In this document: one piece after another, positions 40,698 through 50,649 of the stretch
Numbering within the stretch: position 1 is the stretch's first letter
Layout: every line of letters begins with the position of its first letter
DNA from: a virus
Direction: 5' to 3' (one strand)
DNA length: 64,000 nucleotides
IMG/VR virus record: IMGVR_UViG_3300037485_001404
Span: 1 to 64,000 of that record
The notes under the pieces: generated by a model
Database searches by the model: none
Told to the model about the DNA's origin: nothing
The model's input: only the letters and a program-made list of their open reading frames with translations
Position numbers and translations under genes: made by a program

Positions 40698-41269
40698 TAG
40701 CTAAGTATCTCTAATTCTTCTTGAGACATGAACAAATGAGTAACTCTCCTGCATCCTCTGACACATTGCTTAAGGTGTTCCTCCATCGTACAGAGATGGC
40801 ATTCTCGTGTCTCAAGGTTAACTATGACTACAAAATCATCGTCCCTCCTATAGGGACTAACTTTACTTGTTTTCAAATACTGTCTATACTTGCCATCTTT
40901 GGAGGTTGTTTTTACCTCTATTGTTTTAATTACCCCTTCGCCCATGTCCCAAATGAGGTCCGGTCTTCCTCTACCTCCAACTCTCTTTATATTATAGCCT
41001 AGTGACCTTAGATAGGATTCAGCGAGTAGTTCACCCAGTACGCCATTCCTCACCGAAGCCATCGGATGATTTTCGTTACTGGGCAGTATCCCTCTTGCTC
41101 TTCTCTCCGGCACCCTTTGCCCTAATCTGCAATCGGAACAGTATTTCCCATGCCAGCGTTTCCCTTCGCAGTCCACGAAGATTTGCTGGTGGCTAGCTCC
41201 CTGTCTCCCTATGGAGGTGTGCCCCAAAGTACGACCACAACCCTTACATGCTCTCTCTTCTTCACACAT
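40697..41269 (-). CDS. PD-(D/E)XK endonuclease with N-terminal zinc finger (putative homing endonuclease)
   Basis: CKGC...CSDC; GELLAESYL...RPDL...IEVKT. Confidence 0.75.
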   Translation of the reverse strand: MCEEERACKGCGRTLGHTSIGRQGASHQQIFVDCEGKRWHGKYCSDCRLGQRVPERRARGILPSNENHPMASVRNGVLGELLAESYLRSLGYNIKRVGGRGRPDLIWDMGEGVIKTIEVKTTSKDGKYRQYLKTSKVSPYRRDDDFVVIVNLETRECHLCTMEEHLKQCVRGCRRVTHLFMSQEELEILS

Positions 41270-41284
41270 TTTGAATTAGTACCT

Positions 41285-41554
41285 TTAAGGGTGTTTCGCC
41301 CGAGCTGCATTCAGCCTATCTCTTAAATTCACGTCTGAGATTTTCGTTCGCTTGTCTTTTTTCTCTTCTAGTCCGCGTTTCCTTACTGCTGCTCTAATAT
41401 CTATTCGATTAGGACGAGCTGCTGAAATGGTCTTTGCATCAACGAAATCTGAAAGATTGCTGTTTTTGACCTTCTCAAGAAGTTCTTTTTGATCCTGTCG
41501 AGAAGTCATTTTCTTATCACTGTGGTTATACATTGTATGGGTATCTCGAATCAT
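41285..41554 (-). CDS. basic hypothetical protein
   Basis: 89 aa; ATGA-coupled. Confidence 0.6.
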   Translation of the reverse strand: MIRDTHTMYNHSDKKMTSRQDQKELLEKVKNSNLSDFVDAKTISAARPNRIDIRAAVRKRGLEEKKDKRTKISDVNLRDRLNAARAKHP

Positions 41555-41856
41555 TTCTTCTCCTTTTTCTCAAACTTCTTATCGCGAATCTTCTCGCGAG
41601 CTTTATTGCTGTCGGAAGTATTATCACTCCTGGTATTCCAGTAGGCTTTTCCTCCACCTTTCTCGAAGTGAGAACCCCCTGTAACGTGAGATGCTACAGT
41701 ATTCACGCCAGGATCTCTTCCAAGCTTCTGCATGAGATTCTCTCTTGCGAGAGACACTCTTTTGCCGTATCCGAATTTATCCTTGGATATCTTACTGCGG
41801 ACTGACTTGTATGCTCTATTTCCGCCAGCCGACGTGAATTTGTCGCGTATGGTCAT
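41551..41856 (-). CDS. basic hypothetical protein, possibly degenerate HNH-like
   Basis: AGGAG RBS; first gene of the leftward late operon; VASH...SDN pattern only weakly HNH-like. Confidence 0.6.
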   Translation of the reverse strand: MTIRDKFTSAGGNRAYKSVRSKISKDKFGYGKRVSLARENLMQKLGRDPGVNTVASHVTGGSHFEKGGGKAYWNTRSDNTSDSNKAREKIRDKKFEKKEKK

Positions 41857-41888
41857 AGCTTCTCCTTTAATCTAGGGAAACACACTCC

Positions 41889-41917
41889 AGTCTAGCAGGT
41901 GCCTAGACTTTGGTCAA
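41889..41917 (-). promoter_or_regulatory. sigma70-type promoter for the leftward virion operon
   Basis: Minus strand TTGACC, 17-nt spacer, TAGACT with extended -10 TG; overlaps the palindrome AGTCTAG-N7-CTAGACT. Confidence 0.65.
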
Positions 41918-41920
41918 ATA

Positions 41921-41949
41921 TTGCAAACTTTGAGCGCCCGTGGTATGAT
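41921..41949 (+). promoter_or_regulatory. sigma70-type promoter for the rightward late operon
   Basis: TTGCAA, 17-nt spacer, TATGAT with extended -10 TG; AGATACTTT tandem copies at 41955-41978. Confidence 0.7.
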
Positions 41950-42002
41950 CGTTCAGATACTTTAGATACTTTAGATACGCTCTCCCAAAAAGGCAGCACA
42001 CA

Positions 42003-42509
42003 TTGATGAATATTAAGGGCTTTGACATCTTGGATGCCATCGACATACAGGAAGACCCTTGTGAGTTCAAGCCCACAGATCGTCAGATCTCCTTCAAAAT
42101 CAGACTGTTGAAAACAGTCTCTCCTGCTGTCCTATCAAAACTGAGCGCGGATTCATTACATATCATAAAGACACAAGTAGCTCCATTCTCTATAGATCGA
42201 GTGAGAGAGTGGATAGAAGATAATCCATGTTTCTTAGAATGGTGTTTGCTTACAGATATATCTGAAGTTAAGCTATACAAAGCTAAACAAACAGCAATAG
42301 ATACCATCATAGAAATTATGAGCCTATCGGAGACAGATGAGAAGACTATGGCTCTACGACTAAAAGCTGCTGAAGCTATCCTTAAAACAGAGAAGGTAAC
42401 TACAAAGACAGTAAATAATCTAAAGATGCCAATGTTAGGTGTTCCTAAGGACCTACAGAATAAACCTGTAGAAGCGTTACAAGCAGAACTAACACGGTTG
42501 CAAGGATGA
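42003..42509 (+). CDS. putative terminase small subunit
   Basis: HTH-like region (IDRVREWIEDNPCF) then AIDTIIEIM...LRLKAAEAIL, a helical pattern common in TerS-like proteins. Confidence 0.55.
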   Translation: MMNIKGFDILDAIDIQEDPCEFKPTDRQISFKIRLLKTVSPAVLSKLSADSLHIIKTQVAPFSIDRVREWIEDNPCFLEWCLLTDISEVKLYKAKQTAIDTIIEIMSLSETDEKTMALRLKAAEAILKTEKVTTKTVNNLKMPMLGVPKDLQNKPVEALQAELTRLQG

Positions 42510-42513
42510 ACCT

Positions 42514-42936
42514 ATGACTAATTACCAAACGATACCTCTATTGAGGCGGGATACCGTACATGGAGGAACGTGTAGTCTCCGAGTGGTTACAGGACAAACG
42601 AAGGAAACTAGAGCGTTCGATATTACCAATGATGATTCTATCGATGGATTATCGGTACACTACCAGGGATATAGATGGGGTGGAGCCATGACGGTCCAAC
42701 TCCAGCATTCTATGAACGGCAACGGTTCTTTGTGGTACGACGTAGGACTTACACATGATCTAGGCACAGGTGGTGCAGATGAAACTACACCCGCAGATCT
42801 TGATGAGATTCACTGGTATGCCCCTCCATCAGGTAACTTCTTTCTCCCTAGCCTTAGAATTAAGATCTCCACGGCGGTAGTAGATACCGGAGTTGTTCTT
42901 GAAGATCTCTTCAGGACAGTTAGGGGGCTTAAATGA
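42514..42936 (+). CDS. putative virion structural protein
   Basis: 140 aa beta-sandwich pattern (TVQLQHS...WYDV...LRIKI), echoed in the N-terminus of the next gene. Confidence 0.6.
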   Translation: MTNYQTIPLLRRDTVHGGTCSLRVVTGQTKETRAFDITNDDSIDGLSVHYQGYRWGGAMTVQLQHSMNGNGSLWYDVGLTHDLGTGGADETTPADLDEIHWYAPPSGNFFLPSLRIKISTAVVDTGVVLEDLFRTVRGLK

Positions 42937-43901
42937 GTGGACAATATCAACTCAGGGAAATCACAATCCCCAGTCAGTTACGTCTTGTCACCAATGCCGA
43001 TCCTTTACTGCTTCCACTGGGAACTATTTCCGGTGTCGATGCTTCTACCCTTACTACCTCGGTTGTTGTAACCGCAGTAGCTAATATCCCAGCTCAGACC
43101 GCAGCTATGATGATCCAAGAATCATGGGATGGTGGTGTTACCTGGGATGATCTTTCAGGTCTGGACGCGGATACCATTAACGCTGTAGGTACTTTCAAGG
43201 TCAAATTTACCAACACTACAGGTATTTGTTCCCCTCAAATTAGGTTGAAGATCACTCCAACAGGGAATGGAACGCTGTATCTCACCAAGGTATACTGTAC
43301 CACCAATCCGCATGGGCAGATTATTCCCCGTGACTCCTTTACCGCTACAGGTGCTGGCACTACGGATTTCGGAGCTTCGGCTACTGCGTTGCGATGTGCT
43401 TCGCTGCTAGGTAATGTTAATGGCATTGCAGACTTTGGAGCGGGGGTAGCCACTGCTCAAACTCTTAGGGTGTATGATGCTGCCGCTGCTTCAGGAATTA
43501 CAGTAAATCATACTGACCTATTAGCTATCCAAGCACAGCTTACTACTATGCTGGGATACATCGATGGGCTTGAGACACTCGTAACTGATTTGAAAACCCA
43601 GGATAAACCAGAATACTCTTCTGCATTCGCTCCTGTTAGCGGGTTGTCTCTCGTATTGGTATCTAATGTCTGGCTCCAATTCATTGCCAGTACATCTGCA
43701 AAAGCAGTAAGATTCCAATATGTAAACGAATCAGGGTATGCTATTGAACTAGGCTTTGGGGCTGGTGGAGCGGAAGCGTCTAAGGTCGTACTAGCAGAAG
43801 CGGGAGATGTTGATCTTCTGATACCTGCAGGCACCCGGCTCTCCCTTAGATGCGCCACTTCAAACACGCTCCCTGTATTCTGGTTTAGTGCATTTGTTTG
43901 A
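42933..43901 (+). CDS. putative tail/fibre-associated structural protein
   Basis: IQESWDGGVTWDD, DFGA repeats, short coiled coil. Confidence 0.65.
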   Translation: MSGQYQLREITIPSQLRLVTNADPLLLPLGTISGVDASTLTTSVVVTAVANIPAQTAAMMIQESWDGGVTWDDLSGLDADTINAVGTFKVKFTNTTGICSPQIRLKITPTGNGTLYLTKVYCTTNPHGQIIPRDSFTATGAGTTDFGASATALRCASLLGNVNGIADFGAGVATAQTLRVYDAAAASGITVNHTDLLAIQAQLTTMLGYIDGLETLVTDLKTQDKPEYSSAFAPVSGLSLVLVSNVWLQFIASTSAKAVRFQYVNESGYAIELGFGAGGAEASKVVLAEAGDVDLLIPAGTRLSLRCATSNTLPVFWFSAFV

Positions 43902-43951
43902 CAAAGGATTAACTCATACTAGGTGAAAGCCTACTTTCCAAGGAGGAAACT

Positions 43952-46441
43952 ATGAGTATAAAGAATTCAGGAACAACTCGACACGGACGACTAACAAAGA
44001 TTCTGTCTGATGATGGAATCGAAATGAAGGACGCTGCACGGATCAGGTCAGGAGCCGTTGACCCTTCTGTCACTGCAGTAGACGCACCTGCTGCGTCACT
44101 CTATATGAGTTCTGCCACAGGCAAACTATACAGGAAATCTGACGCGGGACTGACTACAAACTGGCAGCTTCTGAACTTCAGCGAGTTCACGAATGACCCG
44201 ACAGGATTCATTAACGAAGAGACAATTGTCGTCACGTATGATGGACCAAACCGACAGTTCTCTCTGTACAACACAGCGACTCCAACGAAGATTGAGTTCC
44301 TGTTGCTTGGGAAATATTACACGTACCCTGCATCTGTCGGAGTTCCATGGATTGTCCCTACGGTCCTAGGGGGCGCAACACCTATCCAACACACAAATGC
44401 AGATGGTATCTATTACCTGCGTGTGAGTGGAGGAAAAGGTGGATACACTCTAGGGCAAGTGGTATTCGACATCGTTCCTCAGCTATTCACAGACCTTCAA
44501 ATCGCTGTCGCTTTCAAAAATGCTACTGCACAATTCGGTATGCGAGAATGCCATAACTTCATGCCTCACGAGGACCATGAAGAGTTCCACTACACGAATG
44601 GATGCTACCTTCGTGCCGCTGCTGTGCTGACAGGCTACACTCTCCCGTCTACAAACACAGCACAAAATATGATCGCTGTTGCACAGATCACAGTCTATGA
44701 TGAAGATTTGTCAACGTCGATTCTCGCAACACCTGCAGCCGTGTGGAATGTGAACACCTACACTTCCGGTGCGTATACTATTGCGTACCATGCCGGTCCT
44801 GCAGGACTGATCAACTTCTATACCACAGCACAAGTGCCGTATATCTCGAATGCTGCAGCTCCTGCCACTGCAGACGCAACGCCTATCAACTACACGTCAC
44901 TCGTCGCTGGAACAGGAACTCTGACGAATGTTGCGGAAGATAACTACGTCAATATCTTCACCCTAGCTCTTCCTGTCACCGCAGATGCCGAGTCACAGAA
45001 ATTCCGGCGCATATTCTTCACAGGGCAGAGAACCTTCACGACTCTCGCCGCTGCACAGCTTGAAGTTCCGTCCCAAGTAGATTTTGGGCAGCTTAGAACT
45101 GCTCTGCCTGAGATGGTCGTGACCTCGATGATCTCGTACCGAAAGAATGCTCTGGGGGTAGGCGCTGTCGCATCAAGTATGGGTCAGTGCATGCTCGATG
45201 CCACGGCAACTCCTGTCGTGTTCACGGGAACAAGGGCTTCGCTCATTGGTGTGACTGGCGTGTCACCCTCGGACCATCAGTCCCTCTCCAATCGGAATGC
45301 CACAGGCGCGACTGTGGCTGATTGCACCCATCCGTCCTACGCTATCAGTACAGAAGGGGTTGCATGGACTGGTGGAGGCGTCCTGAGCGCCACAGAGCTT
45401 ACGGTGCAATCGTCCCTCGATAAGCTGTCAAGCACATTCGCCGGGACAGGAGCTGTCGGTCTTGTCAGCGCAGCGGCACAGAACTTCAGCGGGGCGAAAA
45501 GCTTCTTAGCCCTCGCCACTGCAGTACTCGGCCTAGCAGTGACAGGAGGTGTTGCTGCGGCTGGTACTCTGTCCCGAGCAACGACTATCTGGAACCTTGG
45601 AAACGCACTCACAATCAATGAGACAGGATGTGTCATTGACAGAGTAGCTGGCGGGGATATTGCAATTGGTGGTGTTGCTGCTGTCGCAACATCCATTACG
45701 CTTGGAAAAGCCAGCGCCACAACATGCACAACTTCGGTTGTCGATACGACAGAAGCGACGGTCGGCGGCTTAGGTGCGCTGAAGGTTTCGGGTGGTATCT
45801 ATGTTACCAAAGCATTGTTTGGTGGCAGCACAGCCACATTCGCGACGAGTGTGAGTGCACCACATCTTATTTGTCCCACTGGCGGAACAGCAGCTACCAC
45901 AAAAATCACGCTGTCTGGCACGACTTGGCAGTTTGGACTTGATACCACTGTGAAGAGTTCCATTACCGAAGCAGGCGCGGCGGTGTTTGCGACGAGCATA
46001 ACAAGTCCAATTCATTCTCTTAATTCAGACTCTATAAACGCAGGACTACGCTTCAACGACGCGGCTGGGACAACGGCGCGGTGGTGGCTAGGGAACAGAC
46101 AAGCAGACAATTATTTCTACGTGCTGGCAGCAGGCGCAACCGACGTGATGAATTGCTCACCAACAGGCGCGTGGACGTTTCCGGTGTCGGCCACCATTGG
46201 CACTGCCAGTGGAACTGAAGCACAGACAATTCACGGGTATGTACAAATTGCTGGCCATGCTGCAGGTAAAGTTGGTTTCTTCGGAACAGCGGCTGCAGTT
46301 CAAGCAACGGTAGCAGATGCGGCAGTATCGTTCAGAAGTGACACATTAGGAAATCTCGCAACAGATTGTGGATCACTGCAAACCGCAGTAAACGTGTTAA
46401 TAGATGCATTACAAGCATACGGGTTCGTGAAAGCAGCGTAA
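43952..46441 (+). CDS. tail fibre / receptor-binding protein
   Basis: 829 aa, Thr/Ala/Gly-rich; fibre motifs AQNFSGAKSF, GALKVSGGIYV, KVGFFG...LIDALQAYG; AGGAGG RBS. Confidence 0.8.
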   Translation: MSIKNSGTTRHGRLTKILSDDGIEMKDAARIRSGAVDPSVTAVDAPAASLYMSSATGKLYRKSDAGLTTNWQLLNFSEFTNDPTGFINEETIVVTYDGPNRQFSLYNTATPTKIEFLLLGKYYTYPASVGVPWIVPTVLGGATPIQHTNADGIYYLRVSGGKGGYTLGQVVFDIVPQLFTDLQIAVAFKNATAQFGMRECHNFMPHEDHEEFHYTNGCYLRAAAVLTGYTLPSTNTAQNMIAVAQITVYDEDLSTSILATPAAVWNVNTYTSGAYTIAYHAGPAGLINFYTTAQVPYISNAAAPATADATPINYTSLVAGTGTLTNVAEDNYVNIFTLALPVTADAESQKFRRIFFTGQRTFTTLAAAQLEVPSQVDFGQLRTALPEMVVTSMISYRKNALGVGAVASSMGQCMLDATATPVVFTGTRASLIGVTGVSPSDHQSLSNRNATGATVADCTHPSYAISTEGVAWTGGGVLSATELTVQSSLDKLSSTFAGTGAVGLVSAAAQNFSGAKSFLALATAVLGLAVTGGVAAAGTLSRATTIWNLGNALTINETGCVIDRVAGGDIAIGGVAAVATSITLGKASATTCTTSVVDTTEATVGGLGALKVSGGIYVTKALFGGSTATFATSVSAPHLICPTGGTAATTKITLSGTTWQFGLDTTVKSSITEAGAAVFATSITSPIHSLNSDSINAGLRFNDAAGTTARWWLGNRQADNYFYVLAAGATDVMNCSPTGAWTFPVSATIGTASGTEAQTIHGYVQIAGHAAGKVGFFGTAAAVQATVADAAVSFRSDTLGNLATDCGSLQTAVNVLIDALQAYGFVKAA

Positions 46442-46455
46442 CAAGGAGAGACAGT

Positions 46456-46794
46456 ATGAAGTTTAATTTGAATGTGGAAATCATAGGGATCAACGGAAAA
46501 CCAATGACGAAAGAGGTTGGAGGTAAGGAAAACGACACCTTTCTCAATATCTGCAAAAGCGTAGTTTCATCTGTTCACCCAGATGACCCTAAGAACCTTG
46601 AGCATCTTAATAAGTCGATGAAGATTTATGAAAAGCTCGAAGCAGCAGTTGACGGTGAGGTAGAGTTCAAGAAAGAGTCTATGGTGTGGATTAGGGACAG
46701 AATGCAGAAGTTCCAACTAAATAACCTTGTCATCTTTAAGTTCACAAAGCTTTTCGATGAACCGTTGACGCAGGGCCAATTAGACGAGGTTTAA
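46456..46794 (+). CDS. putative tail fibre chaperone / hypothetical protein
   Basis: ATG at 46456 after AGGAG (preferred over 46366); directly after the fibre gene. Confidence 0.6.
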   Translation: MKFNLNVEIIGINGKPMTKEVGGKENDTFLNICKSVVSSVHPDDPKNLEHLNKSMKIYEKLEAAVDGEVEFKKESMVWIRDRMQKFQLNNLVIFKFTKLFDEPLTQGQLDEV

Positions 46795-46797
46795 GCT

Positions 46798-47025
46798 ATG
46801 GCGAAAAGTAATTTGACAGATGCGGAAAAAGCTGAATTTACCTTGTGTAGTACCTCTTACCTTCATGAGCAACTAGGTCAGATTTTCCCTAATTGGGCAT
46901 CTGATATGGAGCGAATGATGCACGAATGGGTCGATGCAGGAACACTGTCGGCAGCGAGTAAGGCAAAGATTAAGACTGAGATTACTGCTGACAGTATAGC
47001 TTACAAGGCGAAAGGAAAGAAGTAA
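46798..47025 (+). CDS. hypothetical protein
   Basis: 75 aa; GAGG RBS; coupled to the next gene. Confidence 0.65.
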   Translation: MAKSNLTDAEKAEFTLCSTSYLHEQLGQIFPNWASDMERMMHEWVDAGTLSAASKAKIKTEITADSIAYKAKGKK

Positions 47026-47609
47026 TGCATCTCGGTGAAAGATTCTATACTGATTCTGAATTGAAAGACTTCGGTTTCAAAAGCCTCGGAAGAAATGTTC
47101 GGATCAAAAGAAATGCTGGGATCTATTTCACCGAGAATATCTCTATCGGAGACAACGTAAGAGTCGATGACTTCACTGTCATCGTAGCAAGTAAAGAACC
47201 TGTAGTGATAGGAAGCCATGTCCATATAGCCAGTCTTTGCTATATTGCAGGTAGTGACGGTTTCGTTATGGAAGATTTCTCTGGGTTTTCTCCCGGTGTA
47301 CTAGCCTTCACTGGAAGTGATGACTATACCGGGGGGAAACTCACCAATCCTACTATTCCACACCAGTATGCTGGAGGACCTGCAGGTAAAATAATCCTCG
47401 GTAGACACGTTATCATTGGAGCTGGTACTATCCTTCTGCCTAAAACTTCATTAGGGGAAGGATGTTCTGTAGGAGCAGCTTCCTTAGTTAAGTCTGGGGA
47501 TTATCCTCCTTGGGGTATCTATGTGGGATCTCCTGCTAGATGGCTTAAACAAAGGAAGAAAGACCTACTTACACTAGAAAAGAAGTTCTTGGAGGAATGG
47601 AATCAATGA
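47025..47609 (+). CDS. hexapeptide-repeat (left-handed beta-helix) sugar acyltransferase
   Basis: ISIGDNVRVDDF, IGSHVHIA, SDDYTG, VIIGAGTILLP, WGIYVGSPAR. Confidence 0.9.
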   Translation: MHLGERFYTDSELKDFGFKSLGRNVRIKRNAGIYFTENISIGDNVRVDDFTVIVASKEPVVIGSHVHIASLCYIAGSDGFVMEDFSGFSPGVLAFTGSDDYTGGKLTNPTIPHQYAGGPAGKIILGRHVIIGAGTILLPKTSLGEGCSVGAASLVKSGDYPPWGIYVGSPARWLKQRKKDLLTLEKKFLEEWNQ

Positions 47610-48265
47610 TAGTAGATGTAGTAATGCTTGCGGATTCTAAATCTCCATCTTTGATACAGATGACTCAGAATGCTATTGACACGCTTCATGCCAGTGAGAC
47701 TGATCATCAGTTCAATGTAATTCTAGTAGAGTCTAATCCGCATTTCAAGGGCTATGAAAATGCTCACAACATACATCCAGACTTTAAGTTCAACTATCAC
47801 GGATATATGAAATATGGGTTGCAGCACATCTCTCAACAGTTCTCTGATTTCATCTGTCTAGCAAACAACGATCTAATATTCCATAACCGATGGTTCTCTA
47901 AAATTCTAGAAGCTAGTGAAGCATTACCCGCTGTCCAATCATTCTCTTCTTTCAGTCCAAATGACCCGTGGCCGCATGAATCTGGTTGGTTTCTAGGATA
48001 TGGAGTTGGTGGAGTCGTTACAGGCTGGTTCCTTACTATGAAAAGAGAGATTCTAGATATCATCGACCTCTCAGAAGATGTTTCCTTCTGGTGTTCTGAT
48101 AATATCTACAACGATGAACTGATTAAGCATAAAATTCTACACGCTCTTGTTAGAGATAGCCACGTTACACACTTGGGAGGGTCTACTCTTTTCACCCTAT
48201 CCTCAGCGGATATCGGAAGACTCACTGCCGGACAGGTTGAAGCCTACAATAAGAGGATTAAATGA
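47597..48265 (+). CDS. glycosyltransferase, GT2/GT-A-like
   Basis: VILVES, FNY, LANNDLIF, FWCSDN, VTHLGG. Confidence 0.82.
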   Translation: MESMIVDVVMLADSKSPSLIQMTQNAIDTLHASETDHQFNVILVESNPHFKGYENAHNIHPDFKFNYHGYMKYGLQHISQQFSDFICLANNDLIFHNRWFSKILEASEALPAVQSFSSFSPNDPWPHESGWFLGYGVGGVVTGWFLTMKREILDIIDLSEDVSFWCSDNIYNDELIKHKILHALVRDSHVTHLGGSTLFTLSSADIGRLTAGQVEAYNKRIK

Positions 48266-49005
48266 AAATACACATCGTATCTCCTCCATATCACTCTTCG
48301 TCAGGGGGAATTAAGGTTCTTCACTATTTAGGATATCTTGCCAATTGGCTAGGACATTCGGTTGATATGCGTACCCTAGGCATGAATCCAGACTGGGGGC
48401 CTTATCATAAGACTGTCATAAACCCAGATATCTACATTCACCCCGAGATAAACCCTGCTACTACCCCAGAAGATGGAAATATTGTCAGATGGGCACTGTA
48501 TTATCCAGGGAGAATAGCTGGGCCAGTGCCTTACCCGGAACATGAACTGGTTTACAGCTTCCACACCAAATACTTGGAAGAAACACAGAAAGCATCCCCT
48601 CACAGGCCAGTAAAAGTATTTTGCTTGTCAGCAGTAGAGCTTCCGGGGTTTACATTTCCCGTAGAACGTACAAATTTGACTTGTTTCTGGGAAGGTAAGG
48701 GAGATAGAACAGGCACACCTACTGAAACTCAAGCAAATGAGATAACAAGAGGCTGGCCTGCTCCACGATCTGAGCTTATTAAGTTTTTTAAGCAGTGTAA
48801 GACTCTATATTCTTGCGATCCATGCTCAGCTATCAACGATGAAGCTATAATGTGTGGGTGTAAAGTAATGCTGTGGGACGGTAAGCAATATAATCCCTAC
48901 ACTGAAGCTGATCCCGAACTGGTGCCTATGGAGATGACTCGGGATTTGAAAAAAGTTGAGCTTTTCCTTAATGAAGTCGCCAAACATTTTTGGATTAAAG
49001 AATGA
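48262..49005 (+). CDS. glycosyltransferase-like protein (GT-B-like)
   Basis: SSGGIKVLHYL, IHPEI, IVRWALY, LYSCDPCSAINDEAIMCGC. Confidence 0.7.
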   Translation: MKIHIVSPPYHSSSGGIKVLHYLGYLANWLGHSVDMRTLGMNPDWGPYHKTVINPDIYIHPEINPATTPEDGNIVRWALYYPGRIAGPVPYPEHELVYSFHTKYLEETQKASPHRPVKVFCLSAVELPGFTFPVERTNLTCFWEGKGDRTGTPTETQANEITRGWPAPRSELIKFFKQCKTLYSCDPCSAINDEAIMCGCKVMLWDGKQYNPYTEADPELVPMEMTRDLKKVELFLNEVAKHFWIKE

Positions 49006-49736
49006 AAATAGGAATAGGTATCACGACAAGAAATAGACCAGAACTTTTAGCCTATGCTTTGAAGCATTTCTTAACTTTCCCTACCTTCCATAAGTCAATT
49101 ATCGTAGTTTCGGACGATGATTCAGATGAAGCACCGAAGATACCAGAAGAAGTACACCTTCTTACCTCGAATACTAGGCTTGGAATAGCTAAGAATAAGA
49201 ATAAATGCGTAGATTACCTTAGATCTCAGGGTGTAGACCACTATTTCTTGTTCGACGATGACTGTTTTCCTATCAAATATGCCTGGGATTTACCATTTAT
49301 AGCTCTTTCAGCTACAGATAACATCCACCATAGCCTATACCTGGTAGCTGCTGGTGAGGTTTCTGTGAAGGAGACCCATGAACACTATCTTTCTTACTAC
49401 AATTGTGGTGGATACTGTCTATTCTTCACGAAACATGCCATGGATCTACTGCAAGGAATGAATCCTGAGTTCGGAATCTATGGTTTCGAGCATTCTGAAC
49501 TGTCTAAACGTGCTTTCGATAAAGGTTTGACAGGGTTGAACCAGTTCAATGCTCCTATTAGAGCATCCGAATACCTATTTTCTCTCGATATGGATTCCGG
49601 TTGGCTTCACAAAGAGTCGCCTTTGGGTCCTTTCACAGGGGTTTTCACCTCTTCTGTTGAAAGAGAACGGCCTCTAATTGCTGGATATATCGAAGAAAAT
49701 AGGAAGGTGTATGAAAAAATTGTCCTAGGGAAATAA
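49002..49736 (+). CDS. glycosyltransferase family 2
   Basis: IGITTRNRP, VSDDDS, GIAKNKN, FLFDDD, YGFEH. Confidence 0.88.
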   Translation: MKIGIGITTRNRPELLAYALKHFLTFPTFHKSIIVVSDDDSDEAPKIPEEVHLLTSNTRLGIAKNKNKCVDYLRSQGVDHYFLFDDDCFPIKYAWDLPFIALSATDNIHHSLYLVAAGEVSVKETHEHYLSYYNCGGYCLFFTKHAMDLLQGMNPEFGIYGFEHSELSKRAFDKGLTGLNQFNAPIRASEYLFSLDMDSGWLHKESPLGPFTGVFTSSVERERPLIAGYIEENRKVYEKIVLGK

Positions 49737-49768
49737 TTGTGTTAACGTCTTGCTCACGGAGAGAGCTT

Positions 49769-50014
49769 ATGATATTCAACCTGTTCGCGCTGTTAAGTAA
49801 TAACATCAAGAGCATACCCCTGTTGATTCTTATGGGCCTAATGGCTTGGATGGCGAGCACCCTATCTGATGTGGAGGAAGGTATCGCAGGGATGAAAACA
49901 GAAATAGCTGTAATGAATGAGAGTCTTAGATTGCATATGGTTTATACCTACCCTAATACGGGTGTTCCTGCCTTCGTTCTACCTCCTAGCCTTCAGAAAA
50001 AGGAAATACATTGA
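49769..50014 (+). CDS. putative holin / small membrane protein
   Basis: Single TM helix plus coiled coil, upstream of the endolysin; ATG at 49769 after GGAG. Confidence 0.5.
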   Translation: MIFNLFALLSNNIKSIPLLILMGLMAWMASTLSDVEEGIAGMKTEIAVMNESLRLHMVYTYPNTGVPAFVLPPSLQKKEIH

Positions 50015-50649
50015 ACCATACCTTAGGTAAATACATTTTTGACAGAATAAATAAACTGTTTATCCTAGATATCGTTGTCAAGAATGGAAAAACCTATTTT
50101 CAATGCTCCTGCGATTGCGGTATCCTCTGCGAAAAAGATGTCTATAAAGTCCTGTCGGGTCACACTAAATCTTGTGGCTGTAATCTGGTCAATAGGGACT
50201 ACCAAAAAAGACATGGGGGGCACAAATCTTCAGAATACGGCACCTGGGAAGCAATGAAAGCCAGATGCAACAATCCTAAAAATAAGAAATACAGGCTGTA
50301 TGGAGGAAGAGGAATAAAGGTTTGCGATAGGTGGAATGATTTTGTAAATTTCTACGAGGATATGGGCCTCCGCCCGGAAGGGTTAACTCTGGAGAGGATA
50401 GACAGTGACGGAAATTACTGCCCTGATAACTGTAAATGGGCTACTTATTCAGAGCAGAATAGAAATACAACTCAAAATCACTACCTAACTCTTGGAGAAA
50501 CTACTTTAACTATCGTTGGGTGGGCCGAGAGATTGGGATGGGATCCCGCAGTAATCCACGCTAGATTAAAATATGGCTGGTCCATAGAGGATACTTTAAC
50601 AATACCGAAAAGGAATAGGAGTCCCAATGGTACAAGAGAAGCCTTCTGA
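50011..50649 (+). CDS. HNH-family homing endonuclease
   Basis: CSCDCG...TKSCGC, YGGRGIKVCDRW, TLERIDSDGNYCPDNCKWAT, QNRN; same family as 17432-18139. Confidence 0.9.
   Translation: MNHTLGKYIFDRINKLFILDIVVKNGKTYFQCSCDCGILCEKDVYKVLSGHTKSCGCNLVNRDYQKRHGGHKSSEYGTWEAMKARCNNPKNKKYRLYGGRGIKVCDRWNDFVNFYEDMGLRPEGLTLERIDSDGNYCPDNCKWATYSEQNRNTTQNHYLTLGETTLTIVGWAERLGWDPAVIHARLKYGWSIEDTLTIPKRNRSPNGTREAF

Noticed and set aside
8605-41856. Numerous plus-strand ORFs within the virion module (e.g. 19506-20279, 19940-20776, 16191-16634)
   Set aside because: Antisense shadows of long, coupled minus-strand genes.
43898-43925. TTGACA upstream of the tail fibre gene as a promoter
   Set aside because: Only a weak -10 (TAGGTG at 16-nt spacing); not enough support.
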